Positions 15,118 through 27,877 of a stretch of DNA of 64,000 nucleotides are shown piece by piece. The notes below the pieces were generated by a model. It saw only the letters and a list, made by a program, of their open reading frames with translations. It had not been told where the DNA came from and did not search any database. The stretch is from assembly GCA_964016885.1 (NCBI GenBank), contig OZ024745.1:56110001-56174000 (forward strand), given 5' to 3'. The position numbers and the translations under genes are program-made. The stretch comes from Eledone cirrhosa (lineage: Eukaryota). Position 1 is the first letter of the stretch. The number at the start of each line of letters is the position of its first letter.

Positions 15118-15810
15118 GTTCAGTTTAAATGATTTATTTGCTTACAATTGTTTCCTCCAAACCGAGGTTTGGATTCTTCGGAGCAACTATTTAGTGATCT
15201 ATAACATACTTGACCTCCTTTTCAACACAAGAGACATATAAAACATATGCACATATTGATCCACAGTGGGGTGACATCCATCAAAATGATATAGCATGGC
15301 AATTTACATATAAAGGTTACAGGATAAAAATAAAAATAAAAATATGAATGAAAATAAAAATGAAGCGTTGGCAGTCTATGAAGATACAGCAAGAGGAAAG
15401 TTTAGAGTAGTCAGTGTATGAAACAATCTCACGTGTAGCATGCACACGTGTCTTATTTATACAGGATTAGAGTGCGTCAGAATGTTATTTGCAGGGTCAG
15501 GCAGTTGAAGCAGGCAATCGATATTATTATGTGGGCTGAATTATTAAGTCATTTATTCGCATACACCTGTATGATATACAGTCCCGAATGTAGAGAAACA
15601 CCAAAATATCAAACATATTATAAACCATATTGTATCGTAGGCAAAACAGTACCACTGTCTTCGCTCACACCACCACTCACATAATCCATGAGACGCAATA
15701 TATAGAACACGGGTCTATCATAAAATTCACGATGGTTCAGCATATAACCAAGTTAGAAACCGTATCTTGTCGATTCTTAATTATTAGATCATGTTGTTTA
15801 GTTTCCGGAA
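15118..15810. mobile_element. PLE remnant (family C pLTR on minus strand plus possible decayed coding piece)
   Basis: 15130-15330 is homologous to the family C pLTRs at 43.5-44.1 kb and 57.4-59.5 kb. Confidence 0.55.
15138..15186 (-). ncRNA. Hammerhead ribozyme, CCGAAGA core variant (family C)
   Basis: uugcu-CCGAAGA-a uccaaac cucg guuugga g-GAAA-c aauu g-UA-agcaa. Confidence 0.75.
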
Positions 15811-16049
15811 GTGTATACCCTTCTGCCAGATGGTTGAACGTTCGAAAGTATATACTTTCCTTATGAAAATTAACGGCTGAGCAGCCTAATTTGCATATCG
15901 AGTGAGTTCAGTCGGCCAGGCGCACCGAAAACGATAAGTTGTAATAGAATGAAACGAAATTTAATTTCTCACTCTTAGTACGGCACTTACTTAAATGTAA
16001 GTATGTATGTATACGTACATACATATATGTATACAGACGTACAGTAGCA

Positions 16050-16117
<68 letters not shown>

Positions 16118-16644
16118 CATACAGGTACACATATATATATGTACGTATCAGTTTAGCGGACGTTTATTATAACGCCCGCTTTGTCCGTATGTAAACAAAC
16201 GGACAGCCTGATTTATGCGGGTACGGTGTTAAGGCAACCACGTCACCTTTTTGTTCAACACTGACACAGGAACGATGTACTAGTTTCAAGCTTCTTTGTT
16301 TACAAACGGACAAAGCGGGCGTTATAATAAACGTCCGCTAAACTGATACGTACATATATATATGTGTATCTGTATGTATATATATATATATAAATATATA
16401 TATATGCATGCTACTGTACGTCTGTATACATATATGTATGTACGTATACATACATACTTACATTTAAGTAAGTGCCGTACTAAGAGTGAGAAATTAAATT
16501 TCGTTTCATTCTATTACAACTTATCGTTTTCGGTGCGCCTGGCCGACTGAACTGACTCGATATGCAAATTAGGCTGCTCAGTCGTTAATTTTCATAAGGA
16601 AAGTATATACTTTCGAACGTTCAACCATCTGGCAGAAGGGTATA

Positions 16645-16685
16645 CGGTGCTGATGATAGCTAAGAAGCTTGAAACTAGTACATCG
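16645..16685 (+). ncRNA. Minimal type I hammerhead ribozyme (family A)
   Basis: cggtg-CTGATGA-t agct aaga agct t-GAAA-ctag-TA-catcg. Confidence 0.85.
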
Positions 16686-16844
16686 TTCCTCTGTCATTGT
16701 TGAACAAAAAGGTGACGTGGTTGCCTTAACACCGTACGGCATAAATCAGGCTGTCCGCTGTCCGTTTGTTTACAAACGGACAAAGTGGGCGTTATAATAA
16801 ACGTCCGCTAAACTGATACGTACATATATATATATGTGTACCTG

Positions 16845-16884
<40 letters not shown>

Positions 16885-17120
16885 TGCTACTGTACGTCTG
16901 TATACATATATGTATGTACGTATATATACATACTTACATTTAAGTAAGTGCCGTACTAAGAGTGAGAAATTAAATTTCGTTTCATTCTATTACAACTTAT
17001 CGTTTTCGGTGCGCCTGGCCGACTGAACTCACTCGATATGCAAATTAGGCTGCTCAGCCGTTAATTTTCATAAGGAAAGTATATATTTTCGAACGTTCAA
17101 CCATCTGGCAGAAGGGTATA

Positions 17121-17161
17121 CAGTGCTGATGATAGCTAAGAAGCTTGAAACTAGTACATCG
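17121..17161 (+). ncRNA. Minimal type I hammerhead ribozyme (family A, copy 2)
   Basis: cagtg-CTGATGA-tagctaagaagctt-GAAA-ctag-TA-catcg. Confidence 0.8.
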
Positions 17162-17311
17162 TTCCTGTGTCAGTGTTGAACAAAAAGGTGACGTGGTTGC
17201 CTTAACACCGTAAGGCATAAATCAGGCTGTCCGTTTGTTTACAAACGGACAAAGCGGGCGTTATAATAAACGTCCTCTAAACTGATACCTACATATATAT
17301 ATGTGTACCTG

Positions 17312-17360
<49 letters not shown>

Positions 17361-17439
17361 GCTACTGTACGTCTGTATACATATATGTATGTACGTATAC
17401 ATACATACATACTTACATATATATATATATATATATATG

Positions 17440-17502
<63 letters not shown>

Positions 17503-17507
<5 letters not shown>

Positions 17508-17700
17508 AACAAGTAAGACCCCCGACGGCTGAGCTCAAGCCGTTTCGACGGCTAATTCTGGACTCAATTAGCCGTCGAAACGGCTTGAGCTCAGCCGTCG
17601 GGGTCTTACTTGTTCCTATTACCCACTCTACTACCCTAAGTATTGAGTACTTTGGTGCGTTATGGTCCACCTGGTTCCTTACCACATTTCCTTCGTTATA
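17503..17700. mobile_element. Family E mini fold-back element (pLTR 3' end) in (TA)n
   Basis: Near-perfect ~55-bp hairpin (17503-17557 / 17566-17619) plus tail. Homologous to 20525-20668, 29234-29400 and 41253-41395. Confidence 0.8.
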
Positions 17701-17719
17701 TATATATATATATATGTAG

Positions 17720-18225
17720 GAGATGAGTTTTATTGTAGCACAATAAAGCAATGCAAATATCGGATAAGTAACACTCTACAGTTTGTAGGACTGGAGTATA
17801 AATAATATAAGATCAAAAGGTGGTTAAAAGAGTTCCAAGTATTTTATTATGCAGATTTCAAAAACAAATATCATCCTGGGATGATATATGCGTTCTCATC
17901 AGAGAAAATAGGGATACATGATATGAAGCTTAAAAAATACTTGTGAATAGTGAAGTTTTAAATCAACATATGAAAAATAATTTAAGATTGATGTATGAGA
18001 TTGGGAAAAGTGGTAAGGTATTAGATATTAGCTGTATACTTTATGGAATGTTCTGTGGAATGTATGCAAGCAGAGAGAAAATAAATCCGTGCGTCTATTT
18101 ATTATAGAATTGAGATTAGATATAATGGTAAATTTTTCAGATAGGCAAAGATTACATGTTCTGGATAGGGAGGCATTCGAGTAGGGAGAGGCAGAACAAA
18201 CTTTTCTCCAAGAGATGTTATAGCT
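17720..18225 (-). mobile_element. PLE 3' fragment: GIY-YIG C-terminus plus pLTR
   Basis: Minus frame 18223-18028 reads YNISWRKVCSASPYS...TCNLCLSEKFTII...INRRTDLFSLCLH...*, with an HHR downstream. Confidence 0.8.
17841..17909 (-). ncRNA. Type I hammerhead ribozyme in PLE pLTR
   Basis: auuuucu-CUGAUGA-...auaucauc ccag gaugauau...-GAAA-u cugc a-UA-auaaaau. Confidence 0.65.
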
Positions 18226-18339
18226 CTAATAACGATAACATCATCAACAACAACAGTGACAGGAGCATCAAGAACATCGAAAGCAACATCGACGACAACA
18301 GCAGTACCTACAACTAATGTCACATAAATTAATCCAGCC

Positions 18340-18381
<42 letters not shown>

Positions 18382-18489
18382 CGAGGAGGAGGAGGAGGTG
18401 GAGGGGTATGGGGGGTAGGAGGAGGGGGGAGGATGAACTCTAATACAAATGAGGAAGTTCAATAGTACTAGTAATATTACTAGTATAAC

Positions 18490-19082
18490 TAATTGTTTAA
18501 TTTATTGACCGCAAGAGCCGACATATAGGGGACCATACAACAGACCAGACAGTGGGGAATTTACATGCGATCGAGTAAACAATATAAAAACCAATAACAA
18601 TCAACAAGAAAAATAAACAATGAAAATTTCCCCATAGAGGGATAACAACCCAAAAGCGACTCATGTACTCCACCAAACCTGAACTACCAGACGCTTCGAG
18701 GGCATCCGGGAAGAGCAGCTCCCCCCCCCCCCCCCAAAAAAATAATTAACTAGCTAACAGACGGATGATCAGAGTATGTCCATTCAGATGGGCCATTTTT
18801 GCAACATTCACCCACCTTTTAACAAATGCACTGTGGGGCAACACTTCTCTCTCCACCCTCACCTTCCTTTCCAAGTGAAACTTGAAAAAGTCGATGAGGG
18901 ATTGGTCAAAGAGAAAAATGTTTGTCTTCAGTCCTTCAACCTGGTCCACCACACAAGGTCTATCACTACTACCACCAGTCAGTGGGAAATTGCCGGCCCT
19001 TCCCGGCCAAAAGAAGGCGGCGGGGCGATTTTCACTATGGACTCGATCGATAGCCGGATCCGTTCTACACGCGACAACAGTG
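18490..19082 (-). mobile_element. Tx1/L1-clade LINE 3' fragment
   Basis: LIDFFKFHLERKVRVEREVL...FVKRW ORF2 C-terminus. Homologous to 52700-53058. Confidence 0.65.
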
Positions 19083-20041
19083 ACCAAAAACGCATATCTC
19101 ACTTCTTAGCAGAACTTAAAAGATCGATTGTGTCGAACACATCAAAATCGGTGGTGAAGTTGGCCGAAGATCGAATAATCAGTAAAATGACCATTTCTTA
19201 AGCTGTGAGACAAGATATCCATATGAAATTATGCGTGAGGAGACAGTTTAACATCCTAACTTCACGCTTTAAAGCAGTTCGAGCTGAAAGACGTCCCAAA
19301 ATTCTAAGTCATCTTCAACAACGTGGCGGAGGCGTCCGCAGCGTGGTGGATAAAAAGAGGGTCGTAGTAGATGAAGTTTCAAACCGTCAAAACTCACGAG
19401 TCATATCGTACGACACTTTTCAAGTTCTTTCAGATATACATAGCGAGAATGCGGTTTATATTATGATCTTTAGACCTGTTGCAAGTGATGGGAAATTAAT
19501 GCCAGCTCCTTTAATTGAAGCGGGTCTTAAAATCAACACAGCATATAAAAAAATCTTAGACCTTTTGTTGCTTGGAAGTATCATCATGGAAGTCGAGTCA
19601 TATTTTGACAGGACTCCGCGTCTGCCAATTCTTCGAAAAGATTGCAGAAATGTTTGAAAAAAGAATTGCCTATGTTTGTCCCTAAAGATATGTGACCCTC
19701 TAGCTCGCCAGATTTGAATCCGAGTGATTATTAGTTATAGGAAGCGTTTGAAGAATTACACAACGCAACTTCTTACACGTGTGTGACTTCACTGAAGGCT
19801 TCGATCAATCCAGCTTTCGATAAAATGAAAAGAAGAAGATATAGTTAAGGCATGCGCATCATTTCGTAAACGGATTGAACTGGTAAAGAAAGCAAATGGC
19901 GGTCATATGTAACTGAAATTAATGCTAAACATTCCACAATAAATAGGCATAAACATAAAGTTTGCAGTGTTTGGATTTTTCCAAGTTATACCAATTATGA
20001 TAGAGATATTTAAATGGTCCCAATTTACCTGTTACAGCCTG
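19080..20041 (+). mobile_element. Tc1/mariner (maT/DD37D-like) transposon relic, right half
   Basis: Decayed transposase VSNRQNSR, VASDGK.MP...GLKINT and *PSSSPDLNPSDY...ACASFRKRIE...NGGH. Ends in ...cctg|TA. Confidence 0.8.
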
Positions 20042-20320
20042 TATATATATATGTATATATAGTTAGTAAATTTCCTAGACTGTTGGCGATCCGTGTGTGT
20101 TCTTCGGCGAATATTGGTGAGCAGCTTCAAATTGTTTGCATTTTGACGAGCACGCAAATATATACACACACATTCGAACACCAACATAGTTGAGTTAACA
20201 CGAAACACATCTGATGATCCTTTGAATGCAATGAATGACAAGACTTATAAGACAGCTTTAATATAGAATATTTAAACTCTACTTCGGGATTGAGAACTCT
20301 TTCTCACACCTTCAATAAAG

Positions 20321-20787
<467 letters not shown>

Positions 20788-21033
20788 GAGTATATGTTGG
20801 TGAGTATATATATATAATTAAGTTAAAGTGTACATCTACATATGTATACGGAAGTATTAGTATGCATATAAATACACACATGTATACATATGTACATGTA
20901 CTCAGCTTTTCACTAGACACTTTACAGTGAGTGTCAGCTAGTCTGTATGTAACCACACAGGCGGACCGGGTTTTAGAGTCTTACGAGTTTTCAAGGAAAC
21001 ACATTTCCTCTATTCTCCAGAGGGCCAGACAGG

Positions 21034-21078
21034 AATATTGGACTAGTTTCGATGTTATTACATCTCATCAGCAATATT
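21034..21078 (-). ncRNA. Minimal type I hammerhead ribozyme (family B, copy 1)
   Basis: aauauug-CUGAUGA-gaugu aaua acauc-GAAA-cuag-UC-caauauu. Confidence 0.9.
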
Positions 21079-21502
21079 TACCCATCTTCCGGCTTCTCTG
21101 GAGAATTGTAAAAGCACATATCGTTATATGCTTTCTCTATGAAAATTAGTAGTGGGTAGACTAATTTGCATAGAACGTGAGTCATTGTACGCACCGGTTC
21201 AGCGGAAACGATAAAAACAAATAACGAAACGAAATTAAATTTCGTTTCGCTTCTAACCCACTTTTGTATGACTGACGCTTAAACAATTAAGTTAAAGTGT
21301 ACATCTACATATGTATACGGAAGTATTAGTATGCATATAAATACACACATGTATACATATGTACATGTACTCAGCTTTTCACTAGACACTTTACAGTGAG
21401 TGTCAGCTAGTCTGTATGTAACCACACAGGCGGACCGGGTTTTAGAGTCATACGAGTTTTCAAGGAAACACATTTCCTCTATTCTCCAGAGGGCCAGACA
21501 GG

Positions 21503-21547
21503 AATATTGGACTAGTTTCGATGTTATTACATCTCATCAGCAATATT
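21503..21547 (-). ncRNA. Hammerhead ribozyme (family B, copy 2)
   Basis: Identical to copy 1, offset +469 bp. Confidence 0.9.
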
Positions 21548-21971
21548 TACCCATCTTCCGGCTTCTCTGGAGAATTGTAAAAGCACATATCGTTATATGC
21601 TTTCTCTATGAAAATTAGTAGTGGGTAGACTAATTTGCATAGAACATGAGTCATTGTACGCACCGGTTCAGCGGAAACGATAAAAACAAATAACGAAACG
21701 AAATTAAATTTCGTTTCGCTTCTAACTCACTTTTGTATGACTGACGCTTAAACAATTAAGTTAAAGTGTACATCTACATATGTATACGGAAGTATTAGTA
21801 TGCATATAAATACACACATGTATACATATGTACATGTACTCAGCTTTTCACTAGACACTTTACAGTGAGTGTCAGCTAGTCTGTATGTAACCACACAGGC
21901 GGACCGGGTTTTAGAGTCATACGAGTTTTCAAGGAAACACATTTCCTCTATTTTCCAGAGGGCCAGACAGG

Positions 21972-22016
21972 AATATTGGACTAGTTTCAATGTTATTACA
22001 TCTCATCAGCAATATT
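21972..22016 (-). ncRNA. Hammerhead ribozyme (family B, copy 3)
   Basis: As copy 1, but the first stem II pair is G-U instead of G-C. Confidence 0.85.
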
Positions 22017-22440
22017 TACCCATCTTCCGGCTTCTCTGGAGAATTGTAAAAGCACATATCGTTATATGCTTTCTCTATGAAAATTAGTAGTGGGTAGACT
22101 AATTTGCATAGAACGTGAGTCATTGTACGCACCGGTTCAGCGGAAACGATAAAAACAAATAACGAAACGAAATTAAATTTCGTTTCGCTTCTAACTCACT
22201 TTTGTATGACTGACGCTTAAACAATTAAGTTAAAGTGTACATCTACATATGTATACGGAAGTATTAGTATGCATATAAATACACACATGTATACATATGT
22301 ACATGTACTCAGCTTTTCACTAGACACTTTACAGTGAGTGTCAGCTAGTCTGTATGTAACCAGACAGGCGGACCGGGTTTTAGAGTCTTACGAGTTTTCA
22401 AGGAAACACATTTCCTCTATTCTCCAGAGGGCCAGACAGG

Positions 22441-22485
22441 AATATTGGACTAGTTTCGATGTTATTACATCTCATCAGCAATATT
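22441..22485 (-). ncRNA. Hammerhead ribozyme (family B, copy 4)
   Basis: Identical to copy 1. Confidence 0.9.
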
Positions 22486-22909
22486 TACCCATCTTCCGGC
22501 TTCTCTGGAGAATTGTAAAAGCACATATCGTTATATGCTTTCTCTATGAAAATTAGTAGTGGGTAGACTAATTTGCATAGAACGTGAGTCATTGTACGCA
22601 CCGGTTCAGCGGAAACGATAAAAACAAATAACGAAACGAAATTAAATTTCGTTTCGCTTCTAACTCACTTTTGTATGACTGACGCTTAAACAATTAAGTT
22701 AAAGTGTACATCTACATATGTATACGGAAGTATTAGTATGCATATAAATACACACATGTATACATATGTACATGTACTCAGCTTTTCACTAGACACTTTA
22801 CAGTTAGTGTCAGCTAGTCTGTATGTAACCACACAGGCGGACCGGGTTTTAGAGTCATACGAGTTTGCAAGGAAACACATTTCCTCTATTCTCCAGAGGG
22901 CCAGACAGG

Positions 22910-22954
22910 AATATTGGACTAGTTTCGATGTTGTTACATCTCATCAGCAATATT
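22910..22954 (-). ncRNA. Hammerhead ribozyme (family B, copy 5)
   Basis: As copy 1 with a single loop II change. Confidence 0.88.
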
Positions 22955-23301
22955 TACCCATCTTCCGGCTACAGTGACACTCACTGTAAAGTGTCTAGTG
23001 AAAAGCTGAGTACATGTACATATGTATACATGTGTGTATTTATATGCATACTAATACTTCCGTATACATATGTAGATGTACACTTTAACTTAATTGTTTA
23101 AGCGTCAGTCATACAAAAGTGAGTTAGAAGCGAAACGAAATTTAATTTCGTTTCGTTATTTGTTTTTATCGTTTCCGCTGAACCGGTGCGTACAATGACT
23201 CACGTTCTATGCAAATTAGTCTACCCACTACTAATTTTCATAGAGAAAGTATATAACGATATGTGCTTTTACAATTCTCCAGAGAAGCCGGAAGATGGGT
23301 A

Positions 23302-23346
23302 AATATTGCTGATGAGATGTAATAACATCGAAACTAGTCCAATATT
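23302..23346 (+). ncRNA. Hammerhead ribozyme (family B, inverted arm)
   Basis: aatattg-CTGATGA-gatgt aata acatc-GAAA-ctag-TC-caatatt. Confidence 0.9.
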
Positions 23347-23659
23347 CCTGTCTGGCCCTTTGGAGAATAGAGGAAATGTGTTTCCTTGAAAACTCGTAAG
23401 ACTCTAAAACCCGGTCCGCCTGTGTGGTTACATACAGACTAGCTGACACTCACTGTAAAGTGTCTAGTGAAAAGCTGAGTACATGTACATATGTATACAT
23501 GTGTGTATTTATATGCATACTAATACTTCCGTATACATATGTAGATGTACACTTTAACTTAATTGTTTAAGCGTCAGTCATACAAAATTGAGTTAGAAGC
23601 GAAACGAAATTTAATTTCGTTTCGTTATTTGTTTTATATATATAAAATATTGAGTAAAA

Positions 23660-23772
23660 TGAGTTCACATCCCGCCGAGGTTGACATTGCCTTTCATCCT
23701 TACAGGGTCGATAAAATAAAGTACCAGTAATGCACTGGGTTATTGCTGGCCTTGTGCCTAAAGTAGAAACGT
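23660..23772 (+). mobile_element. Octopod tRNA-derived SINE, 3' part
   Basis: gagttcacatcccgccgaggttgac...gtcgataaaataaagtaccag...gtgcctaaagtagaaac. Same family as 34684 and 51189. Confidence 0.8.
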
Positions 23773-23943
23773 TTATTGAGTAAAATGACATTAGGCTGGA
23801 ATGGTGTAATATTACATCACGGTTGACTATACGGAATGAACACCAGTCCAGCCTCCTGTCATTTTACTGAATAATAATTAACTCAATAATAATTAACTCC
23901 GTTCATACGGTTGTTCTTTCTATTCCGTATAACCATGACCAGT

Positions 23944-23983
23944 CCGAGCTGAGGATCCGCTAAGGTGAAACAATTGTTCTCGG
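23944..23983 (+). ncRNA. Minimal type I hammerhead ribozyme (solo)
   Basis: ccgag-CTGAGGA-t cc gctaa gg t-GAAA-caattg-TT-ctcgg. Confidence 0.7.
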
Positions 23984-24010
23984 TATGGTGAACTAACTGT
24001 TGTGTTTCCA

Positions 24011-24254
<244 letters not shown>

Positions 24255-24263
24255 GAAAGAGAG

Positions 24264-24326
<63 letters not shown>

Positions 24327-24371
24327 ATGGAAAACGAAAAATCAGTGATGCATCGGTACTCAATTTATTGT

Positions 24372-24459
24372 GTGTTACAATTGTTTCCCCGGCGAACAGC
24401 TCGAGGTGCGATCTGTGTGAGGATCGACCTGACTCTGGACTTGCAGGTTCCTCGGACAC
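24372..24459 (-). ncRNA. Hammerhead ribozyme, extended stem II, CCGAGGA core (family D)
   Basis: gugu-CCGAGGA-...cagagucaggucgauc...ccucgagcuguucgcc...-GAAA-caauug-UA-acac, followed by AAUAAA. Confidence 0.65.
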
Positions 24460-24753
24460 GTCTATTGATCTCGGAGCATATCCTCTTTCTGGGGTTTCTG
24501 ACCCTACGGGTCTATATCGTCCACCTTCGTTCGCTTTGCGCGTCCTTGGGTTGGTCACTGGTTAGTGACGTCATCATTATTCTGACCACTTGTAGCAGCC
24601 CGCTGACCATCAGGGCGTGATCTGTCACTCACCCACTGTCCCGTCGGCAAAATTACTGCTGTTTTCCAGCTAACTCTCCCACACGCGCACACACAAGCAC
24701 TGAGATACGGACAGATACGTACAGAGTAACTTGTGTGCTTACGTTCACACATG

Positions 24754-24798
<45 letters not shown>

Positions 24799-26227
24799 TA
24801 ACAGATTAAATAAGAGAAATATGAAATTTGATCAAGATTTTATGATTAGAGAGAATGCAATACCAATGATATCTAATACGACTCGTATCTCTTGGAGACA
24901 CGGGAATGGTGTCAGATTATTTGGTTCCTGATACCATACAGGAAGATAAAATACCTTTTATCTTCGGAGAATAAACAGTTTATGATTGCCGCAGTTGTAG
25001 CATTTCACTTAATAGTATTTTATAGGGGTTAAATCCTATTGTAGACGCAAAACTAAAATTCTGAAAAGAACTGAAACAGCTAAACCGCAATATAACTCTT
25101 AGAAATCGCTGCGTAGAAAAAACTTTACAGTTTATATTTTATTTAATCACAATTTCATATCTGTATATTTTAATCCAATTAATTTTCAATGGGCATATCA
25201 CCAGCACCTCACCAGCTTCGAAAGCAATATACAATATTTATTCTATGTGTGACATTTATAAATGCTACGCATAACACCATAGGATAATATTTTATCCTTC
25301 ATTTATGTTTGCATATCATAAAACTATGGGAAACTCTTTTTATTAGTACTTGATTTCATACGTGTTTTATAATTATGCGGAGATTATTTTCAAGAGTTAT
25401 CATCTTAATGTCCGATATTACACAACACACATTGGCGTCTAAATCACTTTTGATAGCTGCAAATTTTAATTGAATTATTCAAAGTGTATGGGCTTGGGAA
25501 AATGTCGCCCCTTGCGCTCCAACATTTACTATACAATGATAGATATTGGATACAAATTTCTATAGTTTTTTGATTTATGGTTTAATAATAACTGCTATAG
25601 AATAAAGGTTACGATGTAATCTATATGAACAAACAGCTATGATTTTTCAAGTGACTGCTTCGGTATTAGCATGAATTATTTTGGTAGCTTCCTGGCAAAA
25701 TTTATTTATATATTTATATTATTTTTTTAATAAATCGTTATCATTTATTAATGCTTAAACCAGCAATATTTAAATAGAATTTGGAAAATATTGCCAGGCA
25801 TTTGGAATTTAGTAAAGAAAATAATATATGGGTATGTGTATACCAAATATGATATTTGCATAGGAGTCGAGAAATACTCCTTCAATTGAAATTGATTACA
25901 TTTATTAATATAAAAAGGGAATGAATTATTGTAATTGGAAAGCCGTGTTTTGTAAAATGAATAAATTTCATCCAAAGTAATTTTAATACATATAATATAG
26001 AAATTATATATGCTATACAGTTTTATGGAAATATAATCAACGTTACAATGAATAAATCATTAATTAACATATTAATTTGTTAATTTATGGAAGTGCATTG
26101 AATATGAAATTCTCAAAACTTTAATTAGTATAAATACGAAATTCTAATCTCAGAAGTTTTATGATTATGTACAGATATATTCCAATGCAAAACATGTTAA
26201 ATACACGTTCCGAAACAAGGGACAATA

Positions 26228-26850
26228 TACGAGGGTTAACAAAAGTCGGAACCATTTCTAAAGCGTTCTACCCGAGAGAAATATGATCCAAAACATCGAT
26301 TGACCGGATTTGATCAACAAGAAAGAAACAACTCTATGAGCCTTAAGATGAAGTATAACATTTCAACTTTCCTTTCCTTGGTGCGTGTGTAGTTGATATT
26401 GTGATATGAACGCAGCTACTCAAAAGGAATGCGAAACAGAAGATACATTGTACTGATTCTGCTGCGAGATTTGACACATGTAAATCACCACCAAAATGTA
26501 AATAATGTCGGAAGCAAAAGGTGATGGAATGTAAGAAATGTTGTTGTAGGGAAAGATTTGATCAGGAAAATACAAAAATATTACTATTACAACGTAATAC
26601 TGGTTTTAGTGGGATAGAATAACCTACGAAATCCGCAAAAGCTGAGGAAATGCTTGATATACATAGACATAATGTGACAGTTAAGAGAATATATCTAATG
26701 TGCCGAATACTGTGGAAGACGAAGCCAGATTGCTCTTATCTATCTGCGATTAGCGAACTGTGTGATTTCATCAACAATCATCCCGAAACGGTTGGGCTTG
26801 AAATGCCTTACTGGATATATATTACTGCCATCTGATAGCAAGTAAATAAT
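26228..26850 (+). mobile_element. Possible very old mariner remnant
   Basis: Starts with the TA-CGAGGG mariner-type terminus; coding similarity is only faint. Confidence 0.3.
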
Positions 26851-27811
26851 CTATGGGTGAATAATGCTATTCAGGGTATTAAAACAGAAATGTTTTAAGT
26901 TTACAAGAAACAGATACGTAAAACGTATATGTGTGTGTGTCTGTGTGGGCGTGAGTGTAATTATATATATGTAAAGAAATACCCATGCAACATAGATTAT
27001 ATATACATACATATTTATTTTATCATTATCATTAGACTGCACGTGGAATCGAAAAGTTCAGTTTTGCCATTCAGTACCACGGTGTTCCGAACTGAAAGTT
27101 ATTTTAAATGTACATGCGTCTGTAAAATTTTAAGATTCGTGTGCTTATCAAAGAACAGACTAAATATGTATCACCATATCATATTATATATTCATAATAT
27201 TTACTTTGGTTTGAATGGATTAATTGCTTGTTTGTTGTTGGTGGAGAATGATGTAGCGGATGATAAGAATTGACTATATAATATCTAAACAAAAATGATA
27301 TCAAGGGTATTTTTAGTTTAAATATAAGGGATTGGGTTGGCATTTCTCAGACCCCAGTCAGTTATTATTGAAGGACAGAGACAAATTCTTGAAACGTAGG
27401 CATAACCTAAATTGTTGCAGCCGAGTGAATTCAATGTAACTAGAAGACGGGAAAAAAAAGTGAGAGAAAGAGAGAGAAAGAGGGGGGGGGGGGGGGAGAA
27501 AAGCTAAAAGAAAAAGAAAAAGCAATGTAATCAGCCCTAGGGCATGATGTCTGTCTATATTGGAAAGCTAATAAAATCATAGCTTATGATAAAATTAAAT
27601 CAACATTGGATGTTTCAAAAATCATCGAGACGAAGCGAGATTGTATTTGAAATATATAGAAATAAGTTGGCAACTTGAAAACAAGAATCAGCTGAATGCT
27701 ATCAAAAACAACGTTTGAGTTACCAACATATTTCTATGAATTTCAAATATACTTACGCTTCGTTTCTATAATCTTCCAAAACACACAATGTTTATATTAT
27801 ATATATATATT

Positions 27812-27877
<66 letters not shown>

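Larger units (their letters stand above)
15812..17410. mobile_element. Retrozyme-like tandem array A (~476-bp units), one inverted unit plus ~2.3 direct units
   Basis: Minus-orientation unit 15812-16296 is joined to plus units 16295-17410. HHR cores at 16650 and 17126 give a 476-bp period. Non-coding. Confidence 0.8.
20816..23637. mobile_element. Retrozyme-like tandem array B (469-bp units): ~4.6 units plus ~1.4 inverted units
   Basis: Unit starts at 20816, 21285, 21754, 22223 and 22692, with an inversion at ~22971. Units are near-identical, each has one HHR, and none encodes a conserved protein. Confidence 0.9.

Noticed and set aside
20931-23449. Repeated 72-aa ORF MSASLYVTTQ... in each 469-bp unit
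   Set aside because: It starts at GTG, is antisense to the ribozyme, has no recognisable motif and is not conserved in sister family A.
20816-23637. Array as a CRISPR or plain satellite
   Set aside because: There are no unique spacers and the context is eukaryotic; the HHR and fold-back geometry explain it better.
25748-25975. FYKTRLSNYNNSF, possible GIY-YIG remnant
   Set aside because: An isolated motif; the remainder is not recognisable.
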